Part shown: positions 43,661-53,936 of the stretch, piece by piece
How the letters are laid out: each line of letters opens with the position of its first letter
How positions within the stretch are numbered: position 1 is the first letter of the stretch
Origin: Candidatus Vicinibacter proximus
GTDB lineage: Bacteria; Bacteroidota; Bacteroidia; Chitinophagales; Saprospiraceae
Length of the DNA stretch: 64,000 nucleotides
NCBI GenBank assembly: GCA_016713905.1
Contig: JADJOE010000003.1
Location: 2,071,944 to 2,135,943 of the forward strand
Direction of reading: 5' to 3'
The notes under the pieces: model-generated
Databases searched by the model: none
Told to the model about the DNA's origin: nothing
What the model saw: the letters and a program-made list of their open reading frames with translations, nothing else
Made by a program: the position numbers and the translations under genes

Positions 43661-44881
43661 TTACAATAAATCCTTCAATGTAAACGTAAACTCCAACTTC
43701 TTCCCTTCTCTCAATACTTTTAATCGAATTCTCTTTCCCTCCTTGTTGGATAGGCGGCGTTGAATGGTATTGAGGTTCAGATAATCTGCACCAGTACTGT
43801 TCAACTTTAGGATGAGATCTCCTTCTTTAATTCCTGCGTTTGCAGCAGGACTATTGTCCACCAAATGGCTGACATAAAAATTTTTAAGTAGAGGACCTCC
43901 TGCAAGACATGTAATTCCGGATCTGTCGAATCTCAATTGTGCATTGTAATTTTTAATGGATTTAAAGTATACCACAGAATGATTGTAATCAAAAATTACC
44001 CTAAATCGCTCCAGTATCTGGTTACCAATAATTCCTTGTTTTCTGTCCTTCTCACGTTCCATTAACTCCGTATCTTGTTCTTGAAAATAAGTGAGCAATT
44101 CCGGAAACTGAAAAGCACAAAAATCAAATGATTTGGTTCTACCTACGTATCCATTAATCAGCCCACCTATTCCGGACCCTAATTTTCCAGGCACCAACTG
44201 AGCAGGTAATGTTACATTGGTTTGGTGACCGGTATAAATTAAAAGTGACAATCCTGCCCCTGTATCCACCAGAAGATTCAACTTCACTGCGGTATTGTCC
44301 TCCTGGGTTTTCATCTCTACAGTAATATAAGGCTTATTTCTGTACAAATGCATTGAACAGGATTCATATTTTTTCAATTTTTCTTCCTTCAATTTTTCAT
44401 GCAAGAGGATGATGTGTGAAGAATAATTTATTTCAATGAAGTAATTTTTAAAATGCGCTGCGCTCAGAATCCCATGAATTTCTTCTCCGATAATTTCAGA
44501 AACACCTGTTACAGGTTTTTGCAATACGAGCAAGGGAAGGCTTACATCTCCCATTCCCTCGATAAACAAATTAAGTGGTTTGGTGACCCATGCATTCATT
44601 TCTTGTTGGAGATCAGATCCCAATACCTTTACTTCACGACTGTAGATATCTTTAAAAATGTCCGTGTACTTACTTTCAAAAAGCAGATGGTGCTCTGCAC
44701 CGGTATCAAAGATGAGTTTGAGTGGAATTATACCCTCAAGATTAACTTCAAGTATTATAAATGACTGAACATACCGGAAGGGTATGCGAATGGACCTGGC
44801 ACCAAAAACAGGACCTGAATTGGATAAAAAAAAGCAAAGGCAACAAGTATAAAAGATCGTTTTTTTTACCAAGAGGTTCAT
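43661..44881 (-). CDS. retropepsin-like aspartyl protease (two DTG lobes) with C-terminal PDZ domain
   Basis: FDTGAEHHLLF and LLVDTGAGLSLL motifs. The C-terminal PDZ-like region is SPAANAGIKEGDLILKLN. A signal peptide is present. Confidence 0.75.
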   Translation of the reverse strand: MNLLVKKTIFYTCCLCFFLSNSGPVFGARSIRIPFRYVQSFIILEVNLEGIIPLKLIFDTGAEHHLLFESKYTDIFKDIYSREVKVLGSDLQQEMNAWVTKPLNLFIEGMGDVSLPLLVLQKPVTGVSEIIGEEIHGILSAAHFKNYFIEINYSSHIILLHEKLKEEKLKKYESCSMHLYRNKPYITVEMKTQEDNTAVKLNLLVDTGAGLSLLIYTGHQTNVTLPAQLVPGKLGSGIGGLINGYVGRTKSFDFCAFQFPELLTYFQEQDTELMEREKDRKQGIIGNQILERFRVIFDYNHSVVYFKSIKNYNAQLRFDRSGITCLAGGPLLKNFYVSHLVDNSPAANAGIKEGDLILKLNSTGADYLNLNTIQRRLSNKEGKRIRLKVLREGKKLEFTFTLKDLL

Positions 44882-45030
44882 TAGTTTCTACAATAACCTC
44901 TGACAAGATAAGCAGAGTCCGTTAAATTACAAACAATCTGTCTTGTATATGGTCTTTTTATAGGTATCCTTCGTTTCTAAACCCACAAGGCATAAGGAAG
45001 GTCAGTAATTTAACGTATTTGAATTCAAGT

Positions 45031-47379
45031 CTAATCTTGTACAAATACCTTTGCAAGATAAATTCTGTCGCCGGAATGATACCTGAGCAAATAAAGACCT
45101 GGATTCAATTCCGGCAATTTGACCATGATTAATTTCTCCAGTTGGTTAGATGGGATAAAGTTTAATTCAACGGATTGACCGGAAAAATTGTAGAGGTTAA
45201 GAAAGTCTTCTCTCTTAGATGCATCAGGAAGGAGAAGATTTATATATTCTTTGGTGGGATTTGGGTAAACCACCATTTCTGATGCTTGATCATTTGGCTC
45301 ATTTAGGCCGGTGGTGCAATCATTCGCAGAAGCAAAACTTGGCCTGGAAAATATTTTCCATTGTGCACTACACCTCCCAAAAGAATAATCATCCTGTTGT
45401 TCTAAATAAACTATAGAATCTACGATGCCGGTAGAATTGCTCAGATAAATTTGTTCTCCGGATTTTGAGAGTTTAAAATTAGCATGAAGCCCCGCACTCA
45501 TCCCATCCTCATCAGCCCAGACACACAGGTAACTTTTTGGAAGAATGGTAGTATCCGGAAATGGCCATTTGATTAAATTATCAGGTTGATCAGAAAGAAA
45601 ATTTCCAATCAGGGATATAGACCGATCTGTATTATTATACAATTCAATCCAGTCATCATAATCCCCTCTTTCATCTGACTGGTAGGTTTTGTTGGATGTC
45701 ATGAATTCATTGATCAGAATTTCACCTGGCAGTATGGTTTCCAGCTTTAACGGTAGGGTATGAAATTCATATTCCGCTCTCGCTGGTGAAAGGCTGGCCA
45801 GGTTTGTGTTTTCAGCAAAAATATAATATTGGATTTCATTTGCGTTGGGAGCTTCTAAATGGTTGGCATAAACACCGTCATTTGCCGAACCATCCTCATG
45901 TTGACCATCATCAAAAAGCGTTATGGCGGAAAACAGAGATCTCCTCTGGTCTCGGTAATAAAGTACTACATTATTTGCTTGTTCAACCTGAACACTTAAA
46001 ACAAACATTTTTCGTGGGTCAGGAACATCCGGCTGTGTATTTATTTTACCAATGACAGGTGCAGTCATGCTTAGTTCCGGCGTTGTGTTCAGGTAATTAT
46101 ATCTGGCTTGTGCAAAACTGATAAGTCCCGGATAAATTTTTCCTGATGGTGGGTTGATCTGAAAATCCGATTGAAGATTTGTATTAAAAGCTGCATCCGA
46201 AAAAAATTTGTTTTTATCCAAACTCACTGCTTCCCTGATTAAATCCTGAAGTTTAACCCCATGGGATTGATAATAATTGTTTTGTCGTGCCTCATCCATG
46301 ATCGTACGTAAATGGGCGAGATATCTTTTTTTGTACGAGGGAATGGACAATAATTTGGAGATCAATGGTCTTTCTGCGTTGTTGACATGAAGCAATGGAG
46401 AAAGGCTGATCATTTGTTGCAAATTGAGTTGTCCTGAACCGGAATTGGTAAACGCGCCGTAGAATTCATTTAAATCCCACATAATGGGATTAAAACGACC
46501 ATGTTCATCCTGGTAAATCAAATAATTATGACCTGAACCACTGTAGCTGTCCAGATTGACAAAAAAATTATTTAAAGCCAACATCCACAATGCACGATCT
46601 ACATCCAGTATAGAAGAGATTCCTGCAGGATTTTGGCTAAGTCCTTTCAAAAATTTAACCAACTCATTCCACCCTGCTTCAGATTCAATTTCATAATTGT
46701 TTTGATAGCATGTCGAATCATCGGAAATAAATTTTAATGCTGAACCTGATCCTCCCATTGGACAATTACCCGGTAATTGTTTTTGCTTCTCTACACGATC
46801 ACATTGAAAATACACACCATCTGAATTGTAAAAATGTTGTTCCAAAAAATCATTACCAGGATCTTGCACATTAGTGTATAATCCGAGGTAAACATCATTT
46901 ACAAAAACTTTCATGAAATTTGCCTTTGAAGCAGGCATATATTGTCGCACTATTTGGTATCCTAAAGCCTCTCTTAAAAAGCTGGGATCCATGAATCCGT
47001 TCGAAAGTTTAATGGTATTTACACCTTCATAGGATTGATCACCATTGATAAAATCTAGCTTAATATTTAACGGATTTTTTACTCTGGTCGGATTGTACGT
47101 ACTGTTCCCTTTATATCGTATACCTACACTGTCAAATTCAACACCATTAAGATTTACTTTGGTAGCGACCAAACGCAAATCCGGATCCACGGTATGCAAG
47201 GAGTCTAGCTTTTTATCCCAATCTAATGTAGGAAAAACAATTCTGATCTCCTGAACTTTCTCCATATCATACAAGGACTGAGCCAATATGAAATTTGAAG
47301 TAAAGGCAAGTACGATCAAAAAAATAAAATGTATTTTGATAACAGGATACATACAAAAAAGATTCTTCAAATTTTTCAT
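45031..47379 (-). CDS. CotH-family protein with lamin-tail-like domain and T9SS C-terminal sorting domain
   Basis: 782 aa. The N-terminal two thirds match the CotH pattern (NIKLDF..., NYLIYQDEHGRFNPIMWDLN). An LTD-like ILINEFM...DWIELYN follows, and the protein ends VVYPNPTKEYINL... Confidence 0.75.
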   Translation of the reverse strand: MKNLKNLFCMYPVIKIHFIFLIVLAFTSNFILAQSLYDMEKVQEIRIVFPTLDWDKKLDSLHTVDPDLRLVATKVNLNGVEFDSVGIRYKGNSTYNPTRVKNPLNIKLDFINGDQSYEGVNTIKLSNGFMDPSFLREALGYQIVRQYMPASKANFMKVFVNDVYLGLYTNVQDPGNDFLEQHFYNSDGVYFQCDRVEKQKQLPGNCPMGGSGSALKFISDDSTCYQNNYEIESEAGWNELVKFLKGLSQNPAGISSILDVDRALWMLALNNFFVNLDSYSGSGHNYLIYQDEHGRFNPIMWDLNEFYGAFTNSGSGQLNLQQMISLSPLLHVNNAERPLISKLLSIPSYKKRYLAHLRTIMDEARQNNYYQSHGVKLQDLIREAVSLDKNKFFSDAAFNTNLQSDFQINPPSGKIYPGLISFAQARYNYLNTTPELSMTAPVIGKINTQPDVPDPRKMFVLSVQVEQANNVVLYYRDQRRSLFSAITLFDDGQHEDGSANDGVYANHLEAPNANEIQYYIFAENTNLASLSPARAEYEFHTLPLKLETILPGEILINEFMTSNKTYQSDERGDYDDWIELYNNTDRSISLIGNFLSDQPDNLIKWPFPDTTILPKSYLCVWADEDGMSAGLHANFKLSKSGEQIYLSNSTGIVDSIVYLEQQDDYSFGRCSAQWKIFSRPSFASANDCTTGLNEPNDQASEMVVYPNPTKEYINLLLPDASKREDFLNLYNFSGQSVELNFIPSNQLEKLIMVKLPELNPGLYLLRYHSGDRIYLAKVFVQD

Positions 47380-47483
47380 ATTCTATTTGATTGAAAGTTG
47401 CAAAACAAACTCAGCCTATCTTACCAATAAGGAAGCATTCCATTATTAAAATGTACTCAAACCAATAAACCTGGTATCGGGGA

Positions 47484-47987
47484 TCAATGAATCAATTGCT
47501 TAAGTCCGTATCTTATCAACAGTATTCCACCAACGATCACCAGTAAAACAATATAAAAAGGCATGAAACTTATGGCGTAAATGTGGGTACGATCTAATAC
47601 CCACATCAAAGTGAGTATGACTCCGATGATCAGAATAAATCCGGTGAGTTTATCGAAGCCGGGAACGTCATCCAGATTTACAAATCTGCGGATGATGGCT
47701 ATAGTTGCCACCATGGAAAGTATGGGAAAAAACTGAATCATCATTTCAGTATCCATAATGCTTCTTCGTTCCCAAAAGAAAAAATAAATATTAAGGGTCA
47801 CTGCAAATATTCCCGGAATGCAGATAGCATAAACCAATACAGCAAATAAATAATTCCAGGGACTTCGATAAGAATCGGGTTCGGAAATCCAACCTAATAC
47901 CAAAGCTATTGCGGGAATACCCAGAAAAAAATAAAGGCTGAAATTTGGATTGGCCTGTATCATGTCAAAAAATTGCTGTAAAGTCAT
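47484..47987 (-). CDS. hypothetical membrane protein
   Basis: 167 aa with about 5 TM helices and no recognised motif. Confidence 0.5.
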   Translation of the reverse strand: MTLQQFFDMIQANPNFSLYFFLGIPAIALVLGWISEPDSYRSPWNYLFAVLVYAICIPGIFAVTLNIYFFFWERRSIMDTEMMIQFFPILSMVATIAIIRRFVNLDDVPGFDKLTGFILIIGVILTLMWVLDRTHIYAISFMPFYIVLLVIVGGILLIRYGLKQLIH

Positions 47988-47997
47988 GTGGAGCTAT

Positions 47998-49227
47998 TTA
48001 TATTTCCAAAAACAATTTCATCGGATCTTCAATTATTTCCTTGACTTTTACCAGAAAACCAACGGAAGAACTTCCGTCGATAACCCGATGATCATAGGAC
48101 AAAGCAAGATACATCATTGGTCGGATTACTACCTGCCCATTTATAGCCACCGGACGATCCTTGATGGCATGCAAGCCCAATATAGCAGATTGTGGCTCAT
48201 TGATAATAGGCGTACTCATCAGTGAACCGAAAACGCCCCCATTGGTGATGGTGAAAGTCCCTCCTGTCATCTCCTCCAAACTGAGTTTTCCGCCTCGGGC
48301 CTTTTCAGCAAGTTCTTTAAGCTTAATTTCAAATTCATGAAGCTTAATTGACTCAACATTATGGATTGGTGGAACTACCAAGCCTGTCGGGGTCGAAATT
48401 GCCATAGAAATATCCACATAATCATGATAGATCAGATCTTCCCCATCAATAAACGCGTTGACTTCAGGCATTTCCATCAACACTTGCGCACAGGCTTTGG
48501 CAAATACAGACATGAATCCTAACTTAATTCCATATTTGGCTTGGAATTTTTCATTGTACGTCTGACGGAGTTCCATCAATTTGGACATGTCAGCCTCGTT
48601 AAAAGTGGTGAGCATGGCCGTTTCATTTTTAGCGGATACAAGACGTTTTGCAATGGTACGCCGCATTCTTGACATCTTCTCTCTTCTTTCAGGACGTGTT
48701 CCTGTCATCACCTTTGATGTGTCAGACGAGCTCAGGATGTTTGTTGCAGGATTTTCTAAAGGAGAGGTGGATTTCTCGCTTTTCGAGCTGATTGCTTCCA
48801 GCACATCGCCCTTGGTAATTCTTCCTTCTTTTCCACTACCTTGGACATCATCAACTTTTAGTTCATGTTCACGCATTAATTTGGCAGCGGCAGGCGCTGG
48901 ATGCTGGACCAATTTATTTGTTGGGGCTTCGGAACCAATAATTTCTGATGGTTTGGAAGAAGTTTGAGGCGTTTCCATTTCTCCGGAAACAGACACATCA
49001 ATTTGTGCTACCACTGCCCCTACGCTGAGATCATCTCCTTCATTGGCCAAACGCTTAATTCTTCCTGCTTTTTCGGCGGGTAGTTCAAATGTTGCCTTAT
49101 CTGACTCAAATTCACAAAGGGCCTGATCCAGTTTTACCTTCGCGCCATCCTCTACAAGCCATTTGGCGAGGGTCACCTCTGTTACAGATTCTCCGATGGA
49201 GGGCACTTTTATCTCGATCACGTTCAT
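47998..49227 (-). CDS. sucB: 2-oxoglutarate dehydrogenase E2, dihydrolipoamide succinyltransferase
   Basis: Lipoyl domain ([17 protein letters not shown]...[11 protein letters not shown]), a peripheral subunit-binding domain and a catalytic C-terminus ([10 protein letters not shown]). Confidence 0.85.
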   Translation of the reverse strand: MNVIEIKVPSIGESVTEVTLAKWLVEDGAKVKLDQALCEFESDKATFELPAEKAGRIKRLANEGDDLSVGAVVAQIDVSVSGEMETPQTSSKPSEIIGSEAPTNKLVQHPAPAAAKLMREHELKVDDVQGSGKEGRITKGDVLEAISSKSEKSTSPLENPATNILSSSDTSKVMTGTRPERREKMSRMRRTIAKRLVSAKNETAMLTTFNEADMSKLMELRQTYNEKFQAKYGIKLGFMSVFAKACAQVLMEMPEVNAFIDGEDLIYHDYVDISMAISTPTGLVVPPIHNVESIKLHEFEIKLKELAEKARGGKLSLEEMTGGTFTITNGGVFGSLMSTPIINEPQSAILGLHAIKDRPVAINGQVVIRPMMYLALSYDHRVIDGSSSVGFLVKVKEIIEDPMKLFLEI

Positions 49228-49384
49228 ATGGAATGATTTAGCTCAAAAGTAGACAAAGCTGACCAAAAAAGGTTTATGATTTAGGCCACCTTGATTGGAG
49301 ATTTACCCAGTTTCAGAATTTGCCCACGAATCCTGGCTTATTTATTTTTTGTAAAAGACACGTTCTGACAAAGCTTTATTATCA

Positions 49385-50254
49385 TTGCAAAATAAAAATT
49401 ACCCGGACTTGCAACACTCCCCTATTGAAAGTAGACACTACCCTGCCAAAATTCTTTTGGTGGGTGAATATGGGCTGTTGTATGGAGGAGAGGCGCTGAG
49501 CATGCCTTATCCAAATCTTGGAGGCAGTTGGGATTCTGGACAAAATAATTTCCCCAGGTTGGACGATTTCTGTAATTACCTGGATGGAAAAGAAACATTG
49601 ATAAAGTCATTGGATCTGAACCAGTTTCGTCAAGATCTGGAGAATGGATTGTATTTCAACAGCAACATTCCGCAATCTTATGGACTAGGGAGCAGCGGAT
49701 GTCTTTGTGCAGCCGTTGCCGATCGGTATGGTAAAAATCTCAACGGCAATCCAGCACTCCTCAGAGATTTATTCATCCAGATGGAATCCTTCTTTCATGG
49801 ATCTAGCTCCGGATTGGATCCTTTGGTTTCTTATCTGAACAAACCTCTTCATCTGATTCATGAAGGTGAGCCAAAGGTTTTGGATAACAACATAGTACTG
49901 GAAAACGAAGGATATCATATTAGCCTTGTCGACAGCGGAATTCCACGAAATACAAAGGAATGGGTCAAACTCTTTAAAGCACTGATGCAAGATCCGGAAT
50001 ACCACCGGGGATATTCTGAAAAAATGCTCCACGCAAATAAAAATCTGATTGAAGCATTCATCAGCCAAAACAATGACCACATTATTCAAAATTGGCAAGC
50101 CCTCAGTGAATTAAGTTTCTGTTATTTCTATAAATTTATTCCTGATGGGATTAAATACAAATGGGAAAAAGGGATACAGGACCGGACCCTATTTTACAAG
50201 CTCTGTGGTGCAGGCGGTGGTGGATTTTTTCTGGCACTTGAAATTAAAAAGTGA
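49385..50254 (+). CDS. GHMP-family kinase (mevalonate-pathway type)
   Basis: 289 aa with the N-terminus AKILLVGEYGLLYGGEALSMP, the GHMP motif PQSYGLGSSGCLCAAV and a C-terminal CGAGGGGFFL. TTG start. Confidence 0.7.
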   Translation: MQNKNYPDLQHSPIESRHYPAKILLVGEYGLLYGGEALSMPYPNLGGSWDSGQNNFPRLDDFCNYLDGKETLIKSLDLNQFRQDLENGLYFNSNIPQSYGLGSSGCLCAAVADRYGKNLNGNPALLRDLFIQMESFFHGSSSGLDPLVSYLNKPLHLIHEGEPKVLDNNIVLENEGYHISLVDSGIPRNTKEWVKLFKALMQDPEYHRGYSEKMLHANKNLIEAFISQNNDHIIQNWQALSELSFCYFYKFIPDGIKYKWEKGIQDRTLFYKLCGAGGGGFFLALEIKK

Positions 50255-50312
50255 GAATAAAATTCCTTCTGATTGAATAACCTTATATTTACTCAGACAA
50301 GCATTCACAAAC

Positions 50313-51491
50313 ATGAAAAGCTGCCTACTTTTCCTCCTATTTTTTTTAAATATTCATAGATCATTTGCACAAAGCCTGATCGTGAATCATCATTCTGTAG
50401 CAGAGTTTGACAGCATTCCAGAGGTATATAAAATCCAGGCAGCAAAATTACGAATGTTGTTCATGGATCGTTCAGTTGGATTCAATATTTCCACTTATCT
50501 GGATTGTCTTTCTACGCCATGGTCGTCCTCACTTTCGTCCTGCAAAAGATATGAGCATAAAGACCCATTGTATAACTCGGACCCTAAGGAGGTACGATGG
50601 GAAAGGGTATGGGATAGAAGCAACTGGCGATATGAATTTTGGCCAACCGGCTGCTCGGAAGATGTCACTTGTTTTATAAATTTCATAGAGCCACGACTCG
50701 ATTCTTTTGATGTGATAGGATGCCAGTTCAGTTATCTTGCAGTAACCCCTGGGGCAAGAATTGCAGATCCTACAACCGGTTTTTTTGGAAACCAGACAAG
50801 TGGTAATAAAGCAAACACATACGCCAACTTTGGCAGACTTCATCCGGATAAAAAACTCATTTGGTGGACAACTTCTCTTGCAAGAGGAATTGGAACTTTG
50901 GAATCTGAATCATTCAATGCACAAATGCGTGATTTTGCATCAAAAAATAATATTTACCTCTTTGATGTAGCGGACATCTTATCCCACGACCCGGATGGCA
51001 GACCTTGTTTTGATAATCGCGATGGAGTAAGTTACCAGACAGAAAACTATCCTGATGATGGTGTAGATCTGGCTGCAATTTGTCCTCATTATACAACAGA
51101 GACCGAAGGAGGACATTTGGGTTCTGCTTCTGCAGGAGGGGTACGGGTCGCAAAAGCCTTTTGGGTCCTGATGGCCAAACTAGCCGGTTGGAAAGGTATT
51201 TCCACAAAAACAAAAGAAATAAAAAATAGCGGCCTACTCATTTATCCAAATCCTGCTGCAAACTATTTTTATATAAGGAATTTATTTTCAGCAAGCAATG
51301 ATCAAAAAATAACGTTGACCATTCAAACTCTTGAAGGAAAAACCCTAATGACAAAAGTATTGCAAAATCAGGATCAAAATAATGAAACAGAATATAGAAT
51401 TCCTCTGCAGAATATCCCTAATGGATACTATTTAATCGATCTGTTAAAGGATGGAACCCATTATTTACACAAACAGGTAATCTGTCGGTAA
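50313..51491 (+). CDS. secreted protein of unknown function with T9SS C-terminal sorting domain
   Basis: Signal peptide and a C-terminal LLIYPNPAANYFYIRN...HKQVICR. The N-terminal domain of about 290 aa is unrecognised. Confidence 0.65.
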   Translation: MKSCLLFLLFFLNIHRSFAQSLIVNHHSVAEFDSIPEVYKIQAAKLRMLFMDRSVGFNISTYLDCLSTPWSSSLSSCKRYEHKDPLYNSDPKEVRWERVWDRSNWRYEFWPTGCSEDVTCFINFIEPRLDSFDVIGCQFSYLAVTPGARIADPTTGFFGNQTSGNKANTYANFGRLHPDKKLIWWTTSLARGIGTLESESFNAQMRDFASKNNIYLFDVADILSHDPDGRPCFDNRDGVSYQTENYPDDGVDLAAICPHYTTETEGGHLGSASAGGVRVAKAFWVLMAKLAGWKGISTKTKEIKNSGLLIYPNPAANYFYIRNLFSASNDQKITLTIQTLEGKTLMTKVLQNQDQNNETEYRIPLQNIPNGYYLIDLLKDGTHYLHKQVICR

Positions 51492-51738
51492 CTTAGCTAA
51501 ACACCATTCTGGCAAGATTATTTGAACACAGAATAATGAAATTTATAAATTTACTTTTTTTTAAAAGGATGGGAAAGCCGACAATTTATTAAAATGATGC
51601 ACCAGAAATCAACTTAAATCAACACGATGTTGACTTTTTAATTTTTAATTAACTAACTATTTATAGCAATTTTGACATTTTAAAGGATATTTGCATCAGA
51701 AAAATATCATTGCATTTAATCTTCGAACCAATTTTAAT

Positions 51739-52302
51739 ATGAAATTTATTGCTTTCTTGTTTTTAAGCGTTTTGACTGCACATTACTCTTTCTGTCAACC
51801 TCCTTCTCCTGCAAAACAAAGCCCAGTCTTATATACGGAAACTGCCAGACCGGAAGATAAAATTCAGAAATTTTTTCCATACGACATCAAACTTAAAAAT
51901 GCCGAAGGAAAAGAATTCATGTCCTCCCAATTATTTAAGAAAAATGGAAAACCAACTGTTCTACTCTTTTGGCTGACCACCTGCGGACCTTGCAAAATGG
52001 AAATGGAAGCCATCAAAAATAAATACGAATCCTGGTCAAAAGAATCAAAATTCAACTTTTTTGCCATATCCACTGACTGGAGCCACAATACTGAAAAATT
52101 TGTGGAACGTGTAAAAACCTCCGGTTGGCCCTTTGCGGCTTACCATGATTTTAATCAGGAATTCAAGTATGTGATGCCAGGTGGTTTAAATGGACTTCCC
52201 CAGGTTTTTGTATTGAATAAAAAAGGTGAGGTTGTCTTTCATAAAAGAAAATACATGCCCGGTGATGAAGACAAACTGTTCGAAGAAATAAAGAAACTCT
52301 AA
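51739..52302 (+). CDS. TlpA-like thiol-disulfide oxidoreductase (thioredoxin fold)
   Basis: CxxC motif WLTTCGPCKME. I prefer the internal start MKFIAFLFLSVL, which gives a signal peptide, over the track start at 51691. Confidence 0.8.
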   Translation: MKFIAFLFLSVLTAHYSFCQPPSPAKQSPVLYTETARPEDKIQKFFPYDIKLKNAEGKEFMSSQLFKKNGKPTVLLFWLTTCGPCKMEMEAIKNKYESWSKESKFNFFAISTDWSHNTEKFVERVKTSGWPFAAYHDFNQEFKYVMPGGLNGLPQVFVLNKKGEVVFHKRKYMPGDEDKLFEEIKKL

Positions 52303-52364
52303 GCTGAATTACAAAAGAAATGATTTTAAATTATGCTGAAATTGCTCAGCAATTTTAATTAAAA

Positions 52365-52400
52365 AATGGAGTCTGAAAACAAATTGCAGACTCCATTTTT
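52365..52400 (+). terminator. rho-independent terminator
   Basis: AATGGAGTCTG-(11 nt)-CAGACTCCATT is followed by a T-run, 60 nt after the TlpA-like stop. Confidence 0.7.
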
Positions 52401-52448
52401 ATATAACCCATTTAACCAATTCAACTGAAAAATATCATCTTGAATTTT

Positions 52449-53687
52449 TCACTCAATCAATTGAAAACACTGCAGAAAATAACCATCGCTGAAGTAAATT
52501 CGTTTGGTCACCGGATCATATGTTGGGTCACTAATATAAGTATCTGGAAATACTTTTCCTTGATTTAGTGAATTATACTCCAATAACTTTTTTCCACTTG
52601 AGGCTTCGAAAATGTAAAGCGTTCTGTTAGAAAAAATGATTTTACCTTCACTATAAATTATCCCGCCAATTGCTAGACCATTAATATCGGTTAACCAATT
52701 TTGATTACCAGTCCTTTTGTCGAGTGACACGAGGTTTCCATTGCCTACCATAAGATAAACATTGGTTTCATCAAAGACTAAATTCGACTCAGCTAAATAA
52801 AGCCCTCCGGATTTATCAGAAAATACTTTTTTCCAAATCAATTTACCTGTATTCTTGTCCACACAGAACAAAGTCTTCATACTTGTAAAAAATATTAAAT
52901 TGTCCTGGATGTAAGGAGGAAATGCACTTCCAAAAATTTTCGGATCCATATCAAGAATTTCCCAATTTGTTGTTTTTGCAGATAAATTATAACATACCAA
53001 ATTGATACTTTGTCTACTTCCCCACGTTCCCGTCTTAAATATTAAAATAGTATCTCCTCTTGAATCAAACCACATTACTGGAGCCGATATATTTGGATAT
53101 ATACCTTTTTCATTTGGCAGGTCAATTTTATAAATTTGATTTTGATCACCATTCGCGACATTTAAAATATCTATATTAACTGATCGATCATTATTTATAA
53201 TAGTCGAAAGACATAGTGGATTGTAATTCGTAAAATAATTGATACCATAGGCTGAGTTATTCTGCTTAGACCATATAGTTTTGCCAGAACTTAAATCAAT
53301 TCCATACAAGTAAAAATCCTTGAATAGATAAAATTTCCCAAAAGCCAATTGATGATAAGTATCTAGAAATCCTACATCTCCCTTCTCAAATCTTCCCGGA
53401 TGATGATCTGACCAATTCCATAAAAATTTACCCGAATCCTGAGAAAAGGCAACTAATTCCTCATTATACTTACTAAATAATATTGCTTTAGAGGCAATTA
53501 CCTTATATTCAAATAGAATTGGTGAAATAGAAAATGTTGATTTTATTGAATCATTCAGAAAACTTTGCCAAACCAATTTCATTTCAAGTTTTCCAGATCC
53601 TCCCGGGGGAGGATCTGGATATGATGACTCTTCATGGTCACAAGCATATATTGCTAAAATAATAAATAAGTATAGAAATTTCATCAT
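52449..53687 (-). CDS. PQQ-like beta-propeller lipoprotein (paralogue 2)
   Basis: I prefer the start MMKFLYLFIILAIYAC (lipobox) at 53687. A PPPGGSG linker follows, then repeated tGK.iW propeller motifs. The last roughly 75 nt are nearly identical to those of 53937..55172. Confidence 0.75.
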   Translation of the reverse strand: MMKFLYLFIILAIYACDHEESSYPDPPPGGSGKLEMKLVWQSFLNDSIKSTFSISPILFEYKVIASKAILFSKYNEELVAFSQDSGKFLWNWSDHHPGRFEKGDVGFLDTYHQLAFGKFYLFKDFYLYGIDLSSGKTIWSKQNNSAYGINYFTNYNPLCLSTIINNDRSVNIDILNVANGDQNQIYKIDLPNEKGIYPNISAPVMWFDSRGDTILIFKTGTWGSRQSINLVCYNLSAKTTNWEILDMDPKIFGSAFPPYIQDNLIFFTSMKTLFCVDKNTGKLIWKKVFSDKSGGLYLAESNLVFDETNVYLMVGNGNLVSLDKRTGNQNWLTDINGLAIGGIIYSEGKIIFSNRTLYIFEASSGKKLLEYNSLNQGKVFPDTYISDPTYDPVTKRIYFSDGYFLQCFQLIE

Positions 53688-53688
53688 T

Positions 53689-53859
53689 TTAATGCTTCTG
53701 GGTAATAAAAAATGTTCCGTATGTATTTGTTTCAAGTAACTTTGCCATCTCCTTCTTCGTATTTCCATCATTCCGCATTTGTTGATGATTACTGTATAAT
53801 AGTTCATTTGAAATCGAATTTGGAAAATCAATTGCGGAGCTCACAAGAACTAATCCCAT
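53689..53859 (-). pseudogene. relic 3' end of a second lipase gene
   Basis: Hand translation gives MGLVLVSSAIDFPNSISNELLYSNHQQMRNDGNTKKEMAKLLETNTYGTFFITQKH*. This parallels the C-terminus of the 55178..56647 product (VVPVSSAIDFPNSYKDQLLYSNHQQMRNDRNTK...). It lacks the Ser nucleophile region. Confidence 0.75.
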
Positions 53860-53936
53860 TACTGTTTAATGATTTTCATACATTACTACCATTCAGTTAG
53901 ACTTGATTTCAATGAACAATAATAATTTAATATTAC

